Notes: generated from the letters alone by a model not told the origin. A stretch of DNA of 63,292 nucleotides from Peptococcaceae bacterium (GCA_031289735.1 JAITOV010000071.1:1-63292); one strand, 5' to 3'; counted from the first letter of the stretch, positions 36,154 through 46,938 are shown. A program made the numbers and translations.

Positions 36154-36364
36154 CTTCACCTCCCAGACCCAGTTCCGCTTCGGACACAATACAAACAATC
36201 CCATACCCTTTGCTTTTGGCTCTCGCCAGCAAAGTCGTGACGGAATTCGGACTCAACTTCAAACGTTTTGCCACTTCATCTACAGAACGACCGGTCTCTT
36301 TCAAGGTAACGACTTGTCGCTCACGAAAACTCAGTTTCTCTAAACCCCGGATCTCCCAGTGCAC
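36122..36364 (-). CDS. small LuxR/GerE-like HTH protein with an acidic tail (80 aa)
   Basis: GTG start 6 nt after an AGGATGA RBS. LSFRERQVVTLKETGRSVDEVAKRLKLSPNSVTTLLARAKSKG resembles a region-4/GerE-type HTH. The C-terminus is GGEDDSEEEDSES. The 3' end overlaps the divIC start by 32 nt. Confidence 0.5.
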   Translation of the reverse strand: MHWEIRGLEKLSFRERQVVTLKETGRSVDEVAKRLKLSPNSVTTLLARAKSKGYGIVCIVSEAELGLGGEDDSEEEDSES

Positions 36365-36392
36365 ATAAGTTCATCCTAATCTATCCACAATT

Positions 36393-36469
36393 GTGATTAA
36401 CCTGTGTATAAATCCATTACAAATCTATTACACAACAGTTACATATAAACCACAAATACCGTTAATCAC
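36393..36469. promoter_or_regulatory. 9-bp inverted repeat pair GTGATTAAC...GTTAATCAC flanking the putative promoter of the HTH-divIC unit
   Basis: The arms are at 36393-36401 and 36461-36469, 59 nt apart, in the 151-nt intergenic region. Confidence 0.35.
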
Positions 36470-36515
36470 GATTATATCTCCCTGAGCCCGCGAAATCAAG
36501 AGGCGACAGGAATCT

Positions 36516-37052
36516 TTACCCATTCGTCCTAGGGAAAAATAGGGCCTTTAGCCCTAAAACGACCTTGCTGCCTGTTCTGCGCAAAGGCCAGCCGATCAAC
36601 GCTTCACTCCAACGATATATCAACCAGGCCAACCAACGCACGCTCCAATAAAATGGACAAAGCAGCAGCGTTATACCCCGTATGGGTATCTTCAGCAGAC
36701 GGATGAGCCAGCGCCGGATCCAGCTCAACCCTTTGAAGCCCCAGAAAAAACCGCGCGTTACCCAGGAACTGCATACCCATAAATAGAGAAATAAACCTAA
36801 GAGACTCCCCCATAACATGTAGAAGCGAAAGGCCAGCGCGTTGGCCTTAGTAAAGAAAAAGAGTAATAAGCCCAACGCCCCCAGCGAGAAAAGAAGATCT
36901 GTTATGAATGTCCAAGAAGGCCCCCAACCCCGCCAAAAACGGAATGTACGGTAGGCGTCAAAGCAAAAACCTACGGCTACGCCCGCGATCACGACCCAAA
37001 ACAAGGTCTGTACATCAGAAATCTTCTTTTCCCCCTTTCCGGGATGGAGCAA
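36516..37052 (-). CDS. yabQ: spore cortex biosynthesis protein YabQ
   Basis: 178 aa polytopic membrane protein. FWVVIAGVAVGFCFDAYRTF aligns with the YabQ N-terminus. It lies directly after yabP. Confidence 0.8.
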   Translation of the reverse strand: MLHPGKGEKKISDVQTLFWVVIAGVAVGFCFDAYRTFRFWRGWGPSWTFITDLLFSLGALGLLLFFFTKANALAFRFYMLWGSLLGLFLYLWVCSSWVTRGFFWGFKGLSWIRRWLIRLLKIPIRGITLLLCPFYWSVRWLAWLIYRWSEALIGWPLRRTGSKVVLGLKALFFPRTNG

Positions 37053-37055
37053 ACA

Positions 37056-37349
37056 TCAACGAAAAATTCTTTTCACCAAACTTTCTCGCCCACTGCTTCC
37101 ATTTTGACGCGCATAGATCAGACTATCGATGTATCCTTCAATATGGACTTCCCCTTGTTGCAAATCCAGATGTTTGACGCCTAATCTCTCGCCTCTGACG
37201 CTTAACAAACCTAAATCTGTCTCCAGCGTAATTTCTTTAGGTTCAAATGCTTGAACCTTGCGCACGCCTGTCAGCTTCATATTTTCCCGTTCTTCCATGA
37301 TCAAGCGATGACTGGGACCTAACGTGGTTCCCCGCTCCGCCATCGGCAT
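37056..37349 (-). CDS. yabP: sporulation protein YabP
   Basis: Track ORF 37056..37370. HRLIMEERENMKLTGVRKVQAFEPKEITLETDLGLLSVRGERLGVKHLDLQQGEVHIEG is the YabP/YqfC fold signature. Confidence 0.85.
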   Translation of the reverse strand: MPMAERGTTLGPSHRLIMEERENMKLTGVRKVQAFEPKEITLETDLGLLSVRGERLGVKHLDLQQGEVHIEGYIDSLIYARQNGSSGRESLVKRIFR

Positions 37350-37526
37350 CGTTCCTCCTTCGCACCACATTCTCTTTACACCCTATTCCGGCAAAACGCG
37401 CTTTAGAATCAGCAAAAAAAAAACGCCGCCTTCGCTGAGAAACGATTAGACATTTCTGAGCAATGGCAAACGCTATTGCGAGACTTTCTCAACGGGCACT
37501 GGGACGAGGAGCGTTTTCTCATCTGC

Positions 37527-37799
37527 TTACCATTGATTCGGATCCTCCCTTTTCTCGTCACGCAATATTTCATAGAGCAAGTGCGCCTCATTCGCACGCG
37601 CCGTATTGGGCGTACTGACAACCCGCACCTCCAAACTGCGCCGTCCTACGTCCAGCGTGATCCTATCTCCCGGCTTGACTTCCGCCGCCGGTTTGGCGAC
37701 GCGTCCGTTTAAGCAGATCTTTTCCCCTTGACAGATGTCCCTGGCGACCGTTCGGCGTTTGATCAGACGAGACACCTTTAAATATTTATCCATCCTCAT
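37527..37799 (-). CDS. yabO: S4-domain RNA-binding protein YabO (Hsp15-like)
   Basis: 90 aa. MRMDKYLKVSRLIKRRTVA...G.V.LNG is an S4 domain. Confidence 0.85.
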   Translation of the reverse strand: MRMDKYLKVSRLIKRRTVARDICQGEKICLNGRVAKPAAEVKPGDRITLDVGRRSLEVRVVSTPNTARANEAHLLYEILRDEKREDPNQW

Positions 37800-37817
37800 A
37801 CATTACCCTCACTCATT

Positions 37818-37847
37818 AGAAAAAACAGGCCCGCTCAAGAGCCTGTT
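37818..37847 (-). terminator. terminator after the HU gene
   Basis: Reverse strand AACAGGC-loop-GCCTGTT followed by TTTTTC. Confidence 0.6.
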
Positions 37848-37885
37848 CATCTATTCCCCAGCAATAGTCATTTCCACGGCAGCGA

Positions 37886-38158
37886 TTATTGTACCGCTTC
37901 TTTCAACGCCTTACCCGTCTTAAAACTGGGAACCCGGGATGCTGGAATCGTGATCTTTTCCTTTGTTTGCGGGTTCAACCCGGCACGAGCAGCCCTATTC
38001 TTCACTTCAAAAGTTCCAAAGCCCACCAATTGGACTTTTTCATTGTTAGCCAGGGCTTCCTCAATCGTACCGAAAACAGCATTCACCGCTTTCTCAGCGT
38101 CTTTCTTGGATATGTCGGCTTTTTCGGCAACCGCAACGATAAACTCAGACTTATTCAA
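37886..38158 (-). CDS. hup: DNA-binding protein HU
   Basis: Track ORF 37886..38173. The TTG at 38158 follows GGAGGGAG and gives the canonical 90-aa MNKSEFI...[18 protein letters not shown]. Confidence 0.92.
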   Translation of the reverse strand: MNKSEFIVAVAEKADISKKDAEKAVNAVFGTIEEALANNEKVQLVGFGTFEVKNRAARAGLNPQTKEKITIPASRVPSFKTGKALKEAVQ

Positions 38159-38227
38159 ATAACTCCCTCCCAAATTTTGATTCGAAGTTGTATCATCAAT
38201 ATTTCGCGATAAACCGCCAAACTCCTG

Positions 38228-39721
38228 CTACGAATTATAAACATCTACGATTTTACCCCAATTTTCTTCTATTTTTATCATCTTCCAATACTCTTCCAGC
38301 TTGTACAGCGTCATTTTTTCTATTTGCCAACCATCCTGGGCAGTTTTTTCCCTCAATCTGTTGAAACGGTTTTGAAATTTTCTTACAGCCTGACGCAAAG
38401 CGTCTTCCGGATCCAGGTGCAAGAACCTAGCGAAATTAACTAAGGCAAACAGCAAATCCCCAAACTCCTCCTGAATTCCCCTGCCGCTAGAAACGGCTTG
38501 CTCTAATTCGCCTAGTTCCTCATATACCTTCTGGCGTGAGCCTGCCTGATCCGGCCAAGCGAATCCGGCTTGCGCCGCTTTTTTTTGCGTCTTACCGGCG
38601 AATAGCAACGCCGGTAAGCTCTGCGCTATCCCGGCAAAGATATCACTGCTCAGGGGTTCTGATTGCTTCTTCTCTTGACGTTTAATGATTTCCCAGTTTT
38701 CCAAGACTTGTTCAGCGTTTTCCACAACAATATCGGCAAAAACATGCGGATGGCGGCGAATCATTTTTTCAATAATGCCGGCTAAGACATCCGGTAAATT
38801 AAATTCCCGTTGTTCCGCGGCAATCTGCGCGTGGAATACGACCTGTAATAATAAGTCTCCCAATTCTTCGCATAAATTATACGTGTCCTCACGTTCTATG
38901 GCGTCTACGACCTCATAGCTCTCTTCGATCAAGCATTGCTTCAGACTGCTGTGATCCTGCTCCCGGTCCCAAGGACACCCTTGCGGCGAACGCAAGGCGC
39001 CTATGATCTCGGCCAAGCGCGCCAAAGACGGCAGTTCCGGGCACGGCGGGACAATCACCGAGGTTAGATAATCAAATTCCCGATGGTCCAACTCGCACAA
39101 CGGAACTCTCTGCATCTCTTGTCCGGCGCTTCCCAAGCCTCGCGCCACCACCACCTCAAAACCCGCCGGAAAAACACGCATGAGATCCAACTTCACATCA
39201 GCGGCGACCCATCGGTCATACACTTGAGGAATGACCAGCCAATCCTGTCCTGTCAAGGTCAGCGCCGCCAGTTCGTGCGAATCCCGCACCAGTAATCCGT
39301 CGAGCGGATCGAAGGGTAGCTGATTGAACGCCATATCCAAAAAACTAAGCGCCGGATGAACTTCCACCGCCACCTTCTCTTGGGACGCCAGTTTCGCCCA
39401 CAATAGACTCACGGTTTTTTCCGCGACCCATGGATGTCCCGGAACTGCGTAGACGATATCGTGTCCCAGCAGGCATTCTTGTTCCAATGTCTGGACGATT
39501 TCTTCATACACCTGCTCAAAGGTCGCACCTCGCTCATACGCGTCATCAAAAGAAACGACTTCTACCCCTTCCGCCGCTAACTCTTGCGCACAAGGATGGT
39601 GCAATGTCCGCATAAAAACACGCTTGGCTCCTTTTAGCAAACGGTAAGTTTGCACGGTCAGGTATTCTAGACCCGCCGGCCCCAAACCGACAATGTGAAT
39701 CCTCGGTTGCAAGCAGATCAC
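38228..39721 (-). CDS. mazG: YabN: tetrapyrrole-methylase-like domain fused to MazG nucleoside-triphosphate pyrophosphohydrolase
   Basis: 497 aa. The N-terminal half is TP_methylase-like. The C-terminal half has tandem MazG EExxE motifs (LIEESYEVVDAIE, EELGDLLLQV and YEELGELEQA, EEFGDLLFAL). Confidence 0.88.
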   Translation of the reverse strand: MICLQPRIHIVGLGPAGLEYLTVQTYRLLKGAKRVFMRTLHHPCAQELAAEGVEVVSFDDAYERGATFEQVYEEIVQTLEQECLLGHDIVYAVPGHPWVAEKTVSLLWAKLASQEKVAVEVHPALSFLDMAFNQLPFDPLDGLLVRDSHELAALTLTGQDWLVIPQVYDRWVAADVKLDLMRVFPAGFEVVVARGLGSAGQEMQRVPLCELDHREFDYLTSVIVPPCPELPSLARLAEIIGALRSPQGCPWDREQDHSSLKQCLIEESYEVVDAIEREDTYNLCEELGDLLLQVVFHAQIAAEQREFNLPDVLAGIIEKMIRRHPHVFADIVVENAEQVLENWEIIKRQEKKQSEPLSSDIFAGIAQSLPALLFAGKTQKKAAQAGFAWPDQAGSRQKVYEELGELEQAVSSGRGIQEEFGDLLFALVNFARFLHLDPEDALRQAVRKFQNRFNRLREKTAQDGWQIEKMTLYKLEEYWKMIKIEENWGKIVDVYNS

Positions 39722-39755
39722 CTCTAGAGTATTGTATCATACGTCCTCCAGGACG

Positions 39756-39790
39756 GCAAAAAACGGCAAAGCCGCCAAAAGCGCTTTGCC
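39756..39790 (-). terminator. terminator after spoVT
   Basis: Reverse strand CGGCAAAGC-loop-GCTTTGCCG followed by TTTTTTG. Confidence 0.65.
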
Positions 39791-39815
39791 GTATGTCTAA
39801 CTGCCGCCAGAGGTA

Positions 39816-40379
39816 TTATTGCTCCATTTGTTTGGCCAGAAAACCTGCCGCCGTCTCTACCAGTTTGATCTCTAAATCACCCATTTTTATATTGGGATCC
39901 TTGCTCATCAGAATCACCGCGCCAATCGCATCCCCTTCCGCGATGATCGGGGCAATCACTTCGCTGGAAAGCTGGCAATTTTCGTCATCTTCAGTCTCAA
40001 TACAAGATCTACACGCTTGAGTCTCTCCGGGCTTGCCCAAGTGAATGGTTTTGCGTTCTTCCATGGATTCTTCAATAACCGCTCCAATCGGTTTGTTCAG
40101 GTACTCTTTCTTTGACGCTCCAGCCACCGCAATCATCGTATCCCGGTCGGCGATCAAGGCGATATGTCCGGTGGTTTCGAATAAAGAGTCCGCATATTCT
40201 TTGGCGAATTCACCTAATTCACCGATCGGTGAATACTTCTTTAATATGACCTCGCCTTCACGATCCACAAAGATTTCTAACGGATCTCCTTCGCGAATGC
40301 GCAGGGTCCGGCGGATTTCCTTCGGAATAACGACGCGACCGAGGTCATCGATTCTTCTCACAATACCCGTTGCTTTCAT
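39816..40379 (-). CDS. spoVT: stage V sporulation protein T (AbrB-family regulator with GAF domain)
   Basis: 187 aa. MKATGIVRRIDDLGRVVIPKEIRRTLRIREGDPLEIF is the SpoVT-AbrB swapped-hairpin domain. Confidence 0.92.
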   Translation of the reverse strand: MKATGIVRRIDDLGRVVIPKEIRRTLRIREGDPLEIFVDREGEVILKKYSPIGELGEFAKEYADSLFETTGHIALIADRDTMIAVAGASKKEYLNKPIGAVIEESMEERKTIHLGKPGETQACRSCIETEDDENCQLSSEVIAPIIAEGDAIGAVILMSKDPNIKMGDLEIKLVETAAGFLAKQMEQ

Positions 40380-40434
40380 TGACGCACATCCCTCCTTAAG
40401 TCGCTTCCTGAGAAAGCATTTTTAGATTCAATGT

Positions 40435-40464
40435 TAGTATATATCTCCGGTTTGGCGTTTATTC
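40435..40464 (-). promoter_or_regulatory. putative forespore (sigma-G/F type) promoter of spoVT
   Basis: Reverse strand GAATA-N18-TATACTA resembles the G.ATA-N17/18-CATA.TA consensus. Motif match only. Confidence 0.35.
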
Positions 40465-40489
40465 ATTATTTTCCCAACCAACGCAGATT

Positions 40490-40539
40490 AAAATCACTAG
40501 AAGCGCTTCCTTTGGCAAGAAAGCGCTTCTAGTGATTTT
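40490..40539. terminator. 19-bp perfect hairpin, bidirectional terminator after the PPIase gene
   Basis: AAAATCACTAGAAGCGCTT-12 nt-AAGCGCTTCTAGTGATTTT, with A/T runs built into both arms. Confidence 0.7.
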
Positions 40540-40554
40540 ATTCAGGTAACGGTC

Positions 40555-41487
40555 CTATTGGGAGTTCGGATCATACCCTTTGCCGTATTCGATTTTTGCC
40601 GAATTGGACAGATTCATCATATACACGTTAAATACTTCTCCCTTGGCCTGGTCCAAAGCATCTTCCGCCACTTGATCTTGAATCTGGGCAAATTCTGCCG
40701 TTTCTGCCGCTCGGTGATCCTCTACCAAGATAATATGGTAGCCATAGATTGTTTGCACCGGCGACTTAGAATATACGCCGGCCGCTTGACTAAACGCCGC
40801 GTTGGAAAACTCTTCGTCCATAATGTCCGCAGTGAAATAATCTAGCTCTCCGCCCGAATCTTTACTTGCTGTATCCAGAGAAAGCTCTTTGGCCAAATCA
40901 GCGAAATCCTCCCCTTGATCCAACCGCGAGATCACGGCGTTCGCCTCTTCTTCCGTCGCCACCAGAATATGTCTCGCCTTGACCTGTTCAGCTTGATCAT
41001 ATTGATCTGAATTCGTCTTAAAGAAGGTCTGAACATCACTATCACTCACCGCGACCTCCTTGGTGATCTCCTCATATAACGCTTGCATATTTCTTAATTC
41101 TTCTTCCGTAAAGCCCTGAATCTTCAGCGCTTCCGCAAAAGCTTCCTGTCCGCTAAATTGGGCCTTCATCTCTTCGATCGCTTGCTGAATTTTTTCGGTA
41201 TTGTTATCCAGTTTTAAGCGTTTGACCTCCTGCGCGACACATTTCGTTTGTACGATCATACCGATCACCGATGTCTTTAATTGGGCTACATACTGCGCAC
41301 CGTTTTCACCGCTAAAATCCACTCCTTGCGCTTCATAAGCCGCTTGCGACTCTTTCAGCCTGGTATCAAATTCCGCTTTCCTCACTGCTTCTCCGTTAAC
41401 CTTCACGACCCATTGTACTGCGCAGCCGGTCATAATCAGAATGATCGCCATCCCTACCAAGATCCAGCTGATCCGAATTCTTTTCAT
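40555..41487 (-). CDS. prsA: lipoprotein peptidyl-prolyl isomerase (PrsA/SurA-like, parvulin domain)
   Basis: Track ORF 40555..41550. The ATG at 41487 gives MKRIRISWILVGMAIILIMTGC with an IMTGC lipobox. The parvulin core is ARHILV...FADLAKELS.D..S...GG.L. Confidence 0.82.
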   Translation of the reverse strand: MKRIRISWILVGMAIILIMTGCAVQWVVKVNGEAVRKAEFDTRLKESQAAYEAQGVDFSGENGAQYVAQLKTSVIGMIVQTKCVAQEVKRLKLDNNTEKIQQAIEEMKAQFSGQEAFAEALKIQGFTEEELRNMQALYEEITKEVAVSDSDVQTFFKTNSDQYDQAEQVKARHILVATEEEANAVISRLDQGEDFADLAKELSLDTASKDSGGELDYFTADIMDEEFSNAAFSQAAGVYSKSPVQTIYGYHIILVEDHRAAETAEFAQIQDQVAEDALDQAKGEVFNVYMMNLSNSAKIEYGKGYDPNSQ

Positions 41488-41543
41488 CAATCTGTCCACA
41501 CCCTTTCCAAGCAATAGTACTATTATAACAAGCGATATTTGGA

Positions 41544-44500
41544 TTAGCAAATGTTACTCGCTCCAGAATTTCCTTGCCGCACAGCCGCGAATACTTCTAA
41601 TACTTGATTCACCGCTTTCAGCACTTGCTCTTGCGCCGTCACGCGTAAGCGAATTTTGCTTTCCAGTTTGCCCTGTGCATCCACCCCAAACGCCAGCGGA
41701 TAAGGCGCTTGCCCGGCGATCAAAATCAACTGCTCCCCGGACAAGCCTGGATCGGCGGCAAAATGCAAGACAATCCCTTGAGCGTTCTGTTGAATCTGTT
41801 CGATCCATAAAGCTTTGGCCTGCCACTTGATCCGCATGATTTTTAACAGGTTTTCCACTTCACGGGGTAAAGAACCGAAACGATCAATGAGTTCATCGGT
41901 CATATCGCTGAGCGAGCGCTCGTCATTGACCGTCACGATCCGTTGATAGACCGCAATTTTACTCTGACGGTCTCCGATATAATGATCCGGTAAATAGGCG
42001 TCAATCTGGAGTTCGATCGAAGGCTCGACGCTTTCCTCAACTTTTTGTCCGCGTAATTCCAAGACCGCTTCCTTCAGCAAACGGCAATACAGATCAAACC
42101 CTACGGCAGCTAAATGCCCATGCTGCTGTGCCCCCACCAAATTTCCCGCCCCGCGAATCTCCAGATCACGCATGGCGATACGGAAACCGGAGCCAAAATC
42201 CGTGAATTCACGAATCGCTAACAAACGCTGTTCCGCTACTTCGCTGAGGACTTTCTGCGTCTGATAAAGAAAATAGGCAAACGCTTTACGATTTGACCGC
42301 CCGACCCGGCCCCGCAACTGATAGAGTTGAGCTAAACCTAAGCGATCCGCATCTTCAATGATCAAGGTATTCACATTCGGCATATCCAAGCCGCTTTCGA
42401 TAATAGTCGTGGAAATCAATACATCTATTTCGTGATCGAGAAAAGCGATCATCTCTTTTTCTAATTCAATCTCACTCATTTGTCCATGCGCAATCGCCAC
42501 GCGCGCCTCCGGAACCAGTTCGCGCAAGAATCCTGGTAATCTGTCGATATCTTCTACCCGATTATGCACATAGAACACCTGGCCGCTACGCTGAAGCTCT
42601 CGCCGGATCGCATCACGCACTAATTCCAGCCGGAACTCCGAGATATAGGTCTGCACCGGATAGCGATCCTCCGGCGGCGTCTCAATGATACTCATATCCC
42701 GTACACCGGTCAACGACATATGCAACGTACGAGGAATCGGCGTCGCCGTCAAGGTTAACGCATCTACTGTAGTTTTTAAGGTTTTCAATTTTTCTTTGTG
42801 CGCCACCCCGAAACGCTGTTCTTCATCGACAATGATTAAACCCAAATCTTTGAATTTTACCTGATTAGATAATAAGCGATGCGTACCAATGACAATATCC
42901 AGCGAACCATCTTGCAAAGCGGTTAGAATCTCCTTCTGCTCTTTGGCCTGACGAAAACGGCTGAGCATTTCCACTTTGACCGGGTAACCGGAAAAACGCT
43001 CCACAAACGTATTATAATGCTGCTGCGCCAAGATCGTAGTCGGCACCAACACCGCCACCTGTTTGCTGTCCATCACCGCTTTAAACGCCGCTCGCAACGC
43101 GACTTCCGTCTTACCATATCCAACGTCGCCACAGATCAGACGGTCCATCGGCTGCGGCTTCATCATATCTTTTTTTACCTCCAGGATACACTGCAACTGA
43201 TCCGGCGTTTCCTCGTAGGGGAATTTCTCTTCAAACTCTCTCTGCCAAACGTTATCCGGGCTGTACGCAAAACCCGGCGTCTCCTCTCTGCTCGCATACA
43301 ACTTCACCAAATCAAAGGCTAATTCCTTCACCGCGCTACACGCTTTGCCTTTGACTTTGTTCCATTCATTACCGCCTAATTTATTCAGCTTGGGCAGCGC
43401 TGTTCCACCGGTACCCAAATATTTCTGCACGAGATGCAGCTGATCCAGTGGGACAAACAGTTTATCATTCCCGGCATATTGAATCGCAAAATAATCCTTT
43501 TCACTGCCCCCAACAACCAAACGCTCAATGCCGGTGAAGCGGCCCACGCCATGGTACACATGCACAACATAATCATCCGCTTTGATCTCTGAAACCTTTA
43601 AAATAGCTGAAGATTTGCTCTCCGTCTTAGGCGGAGACGGTGTTTTCTTACGCTCACGGCGATAGATTTCCGCCTCGGCGAATAAGGTCAACGAGATTTG
43701 CGGTAATTCAAAGCCGCGATCCAGAGCGCAGGCATAAATATACACTCCGCCTGATTGCACCGGATCTGTCAGCGCAACGTTCGCAGCTTGTATGCCCGAA
43801 TCCTTTAACCCTTGCACGAGACGCAGACTATGCTCCTGATCCCCGGCAAAGAGCGCCACAATTCCGCCTTTTTGCAGTTTAAGCTTGATCTGCTCAGCTA
43901 ATACGCCGGTCTTGCCCATCGTTTCGCTGATGGAACGAGCGTCGGGCGCATAAACACGGGACAGGCGCACCCCCGGAATTTGATAGAGCAAAGCCGACAT
44001 CAACAGCAATGGCCGTCTGCCGGTAGATACGATGTCCGCATAGTGCATAAATTGATCCTGGGGATGGACAAACGCCTCTCCGTGTTCTAACTGGCGAACA
44101 AACTCTTCAGCGCGTTCTGTTTCCTGAAAATCGACTTGTTCTTTGAGCCGCAGCGGTTCATCCAGAACAATCATGGCGTGTTCATTCAGATAATCATAAA
44201 TACTCACCAGCGGTTGTGCAGTCAAGCTCAGATAGGGATAAATATTTTCATCCAAAACGCCCAATTCCAGCCGCTGCTCAATTTGTTCCAGCCTCGCCGT
44301 CAAACGCTCCGCTGCGCTCGTCTGATCTACCCGCCGCAACCGGCTGACAGCGCTTCGTCCTTGGGACCGTATCTCCCATTTTAATTGCTGCAATTCTTCC
44401 CGGCTCAGCGAATATTCTTGCGCCGGGGCAGCTTCCATACGATCCAAGACCGTAATGGATTTTTGGTTTTCCAAGGAAAACGTGCGAATCGAATCGATCT

Positions 44501-45095
44501 CTTCATCGAAGAATTCAAGACGCGCCGGAGACGCCGCTAAAGGCGCGATATCCAAGATCCCGCCGCGCAAAGCAAACTGGCCCAAACTTTCCACGATGTC
44601 TACCCGCTCATATCCTGAAGCGGTCAAAGTCTGCAAAATATCCCGCATATCCACTTGCTGCCCCGTCTGCAAACGTAAACAAGATGAGCGCCAGCGTTCC
44701 GGAGAAAACAAACGGCGTTCCACCGCTAACACCGGCGCCACCAAGACGGCGCGCGGATTCTCCACCAAACGATGCAACGCAGATAAACGCTGGGCTGTAA
44801 TCTCCCGGCTCCTCCCCAACATTTCAAAAGGCAGCCACTCCGTCGCCGGAATATAGAGCACTTCCTCTTCTGGCGCAAGCGTCTTCAAGTCATTCACCCA
44901 GCGTAAAGCTTGTTCTTCCGAATAGGTCAGGATACACCCGCCGGTTTTGCGCCTCCTCAGCAGTGCAACGACATAGGCGGACTTTTGACTTTCTTTCAAT
45001 TGTTGCGTCAGCACGCAAGCGCCTGGCTGGTTTAATTGCGCTTGAACTTCCTCGATGCCCCAAGCTTTGTTCAAAAAGTCATAAATATTTCCCAC
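41544..45095 (-). CDS. mfd: transcription-repair coupling factor
   Basis: Track ORF 41544..45149. The GTG at 45095 follows GAGAGGAAG. UvrB-homology, CarD/RID ([13 protein letters not shown]), DEAD-box helicase ([17 protein letters not shown]) and TRG motifs are present. Confidence 0.95.
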   Translation of the reverse strand: MGNIYDFLNKAWGIEEVQAQLNQPGACVLTQQLKESQKSAYVVALLRRRKTGGCILTYSEEQALRWVNDLKTLAPEEEVLYIPATEWLPFEMLGRSREITAQRLSALHRLVENPRAVLVAPVLAVERRLFSPERWRSSCLRLQTGQQVDMRDILQTLTASGYERVDIVESLGQFALRGGILDIAPLAASPARLEFFDEEIDSIRTFSLENQKSITVLDRMEAAPAQEYSLSREELQQLKWEIRSQGRSAVSRLRRVDQTSAAERLTARLEQIEQRLELGVLDENIYPYLSLTAQPLVSIYDYLNEHAMIVLDEPLRLKEQVDFQETERAEEFVRQLEHGEAFVHPQDQFMHYADIVSTGRRPLLLMSALLYQIPGVRLSRVYAPDARSISETMGKTGVLAEQIKLKLQKGGIVALFAGDQEHSLRLVQGLKDSGIQAANVALTDPVQSGGVYIYACALDRGFELPQISLTLFAEAEIYRRERKKTPSPPKTESKSSAILKVSEIKADDYVVHVYHGVGRFTGIERLVVGGSEKDYFAIQYAGNDKLFVPLDQLHLVQKYLGTGGTALPKLNKLGGNEWNKVKGKACSAVKELAFDLVKLYASREETPGFAYSPDNVWQREFEEKFPYEETPDQLQCILEVKKDMMKPQPMDRLICGDVGYGKTEVALRAAFKAVMDSKQVAVLVPTTILAQQHYNTFVERFSGYPVKVEMLSRFRQAKEQKEILTALQDGSLDIVIGTHRLLSNQVKFKDLGLIIVDEEQRFGVAHKEKLKTLKTTVDALTLTATPIPRTLHMSLTGVRDMSIIETPPEDRYPVQTYISEFRLELVRDAIRRELQRSGQVFYVHNRVEDIDRLPGFLRELVPEARVAIAHGQMSEIELEKEMIAFLDHEIDVLISTTIIESGLDMPNVNTLIIEDADRLGLAQLYQLRGRVGRSNRKAFAYFLYQTQKVLSEVAEQRLLAIREFTDFGSGFRIAMRDLEIRGAGNLVGAQQHGHLAAVGFDLYCRLLKEAVLELRGQKVEESVEPSIELQIDAYLPDHYIGDRQSKIAVYQRIVTVNDERSLSDMTDELIDRFGSLPREVENLLKIMRIKWQAKALWIEQIQQNAQGIVLHFAADPGLSGEQLILIAGQAPYPLAFGVDAQGKLESKIRLRVTAQEQVLKAVNQVLEVFAAVRQGNSGASNIC

Positions 45096-45211
45096 GCTTT
45101 TCTTCCTCTCGCCAGAATACACAAATAAAATGAACGTCGCGCCTGGCATTCATTTTATGTCCATATCCTCAATATGTATGCTCATCTCGCCCGCATATAC
45201 CTCAGCGGTCG

Positions 45212-45415
45212 TTATTGTAAACGCGCGGCTGGTTCAAAATACATTTGCGCCAGGCAATCCGGGCAGATTGTATACACCACATTGCCAATGATATGCAAAT
45301 CAGCGGAAATGGCCCAATCACTTGTCTGCGTCGCTTCTTGTCTGCTGAGTGAGTCATCGATCTCTATCTCACCGAGTACCCGCTCGCAGGTATGGCACAC
45401 CTTCAGCATCAGCAT
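45212..45415 (-). CDS. fin: anti-sigma-F factor Fin (YabK) family
   Basis: 67 aa with CxxC...CxxC (CHTCERV...CPDCLAQ), in the conserved pth-fin-mfd position. Confidence 0.7.
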   Translation of the reverse strand: MLMLKVCHTCERVLGEIEIDDSLSRQEATQTSDWAISADLHIIGNVVYTICPDCLAQMYFEPAARLQ

Positions 45416-45484
45416 GCGGATCCCTCCATCAGAGTGTTCTGATGATAGGGTTCCCTTTCTGAATTTCCCTTATACCATACCTGG

Positions 45485-46054
45485 TCATGTTTCTGTGCGA
45501 TGATATACATTCATCGCCTTGGCCGCCTCATCTTCCAGCCATAATTTTACTGTAGCCACCGCATTCTGTAAAGCATCGTCTATCCTGTCATTTTCTTCGC
45601 TTCCGGCGAATGCCGCTAAAACATAGCGGATCGTCTCCCAACCCGCGGGAGGACGGCTGATTCCGATTTTTAAACGCCAAAAATCTTCCGTTCCTAATTC
45701 GCCGATCACTGAGCGTATGCCGTTATGCCCTCCGGCGCTGCCTCTTTGACGCAGACGTATCGTACCTACCGGCAAATCCAGATCATCATGCACGATCAGT
45801 ATCTGCGTCGCCGGTAGCTTATAAAACCGCACCAGTTCCCTGACCGCACGTCCGCTTAGGTTCATATAGCTCAGCGGTTTCAAGAGAAAAAACCGTTCCT
45901 CTTGCCAGCGGCCTTCAGCCAGCAAACCTTGAAATTTATTATGAAATGTCAGATTTAATTCTTCGGCCAATAAATCAACCAGCATAAACCCGATATTATG
46001 CCGTGTCTGCGCATATTGCCCACCCGGATTTCCCAGTCCGGCAATCACTTTCAT
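45485..46054 (-). CDS. pth: peptidyl-tRNA hydrolase
   Basis: Track ORF 45485..46093. Start [19 protein letters not shown]; GGHNG motif present. Confidence 0.93.
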   Translation of the reverse strand: MKVIAGLGNPGGQYAQTRHNIGFMLVDLLAEELNLTFHNKFQGLLAEGRWQEERFFLLKPLSYMNLSGRAVRELVRFYKLPATQILIVHDDLDLPVGTIRLRQRGSAGGHNGIRSVIGELGTEDFWRLKIGISRPPAGWETIRYVLAAFAGSEENDRIDDALQNAVATVKLWLEDEAAKAMNVYHRTET

Positions 46055-46137
46055 ATCCAAATTCCTCCACCAGCTTAGCATAACCCCATCCATACCTGAA
46101 TAAAATTTACCAGGAAAATCATGATCGAGGTGATAGT

Positions 46138-46938
46138 GTGAAAGCCAGTCGTAAATTTTTATCCTTACCCGTTATTACAGTGCGTGAAGGTCAACACTTG
46201 GGGTCTGTCAAGGGTCTGATTCTGGATGCTTCCAGCAAAACGCTGGCCGCTCTGCTCATTGATCCCAAAGGGTTCTTTAAAGATCAGAAGATCATCCCCT
46301 ATCATAAAATCGTCAGTGTGGGCGACGACGCTTTGACGATTGACAAAGGGAGCCAAGCAGGCAAAGCCACCAATCTGCCGGACCTGCTGGATCTGATCAA
46401 GGACAAAATGGAAATCATTGGCGCCAAGGTAGTCACGGAAACGGGGAAAAACCTAGGCATCGTCGACGAGTACTATATCGACACCCAGACCGGAGTGATC
46501 ACCAGCATAGAAATCTCCGGCGGCAGAATCGAAGGCTTGCTGAACGGCAAAGCCATGCTAAACGCCGAACACGTCCTGACCATCGGACATGACGTGATTG
46601 TCGCGGAAAAAGGCAGCGAAGAACGATTAATCACTTCTGATAAAGGATTCGGCGATACCGTCAAACACATCCTGCATTCTACATCCAAGATCGCCGGGGA
46701 AACCAGCCAAAACATCGGCAACTACATCAAGAAAGATCGCGGGAAAGACATCGCTCTATCCGTTGAGGAAGCGCCTGATTCCGAATCTTCAGCAGAAGCA
46801 ACAACCGAAGAAGCGCCGGCGATACCTGCCGATCCCTCGGAAATTCCCGCAGACGCCGTCGCGGAAGATTCAACACCGGAAAACTCCGCGGATCATCCAA
46901 TCCATACCAGTCCCGGCTCAATGAGTTTTCACGCTTGA
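46138..46938 (+). CDS. PRC-barrel domain protein (two PRC barrels plus an acidic Pro-rich tail)
   Basis: 266 aa with a GTG start. [21 protein letters not shown] and [21 protein letters not shown] repeat the PRC-barrel pattern. The tail is [32 protein letters not shown]. Confidence 0.7.
   Translation: MKASRKFLSLPVITVREGQHLGSVKGLILDASSKTLAALLIDPKGFFKDQKIIPYHKIVSVGDDALTIDKGSQAGKATNLPDLLDLIKDKMEIIGAKVVTETGKNLGIVDEYYIDTQTGVITSIEISGGRIEGLLNGKAMLNAEHVLTIGHDVIVAEKGSEERLITSDKGFGDTVKHILHSTSKIAGETSQNIGNYIKKDRGKDIALSVEEAPDSESSAEATTEEAPAIPADPSEIPADAVAEDSTPENSADHPIHTSPGSMSFHA

Noticed and set aside
37371-37526. T10 run (37421-37430, minus strand) as a terminator between yabO and yabP
   Set aside because: I could not find a convincing GC-rich stem immediately upstream of the T-tract, so I did not call it.
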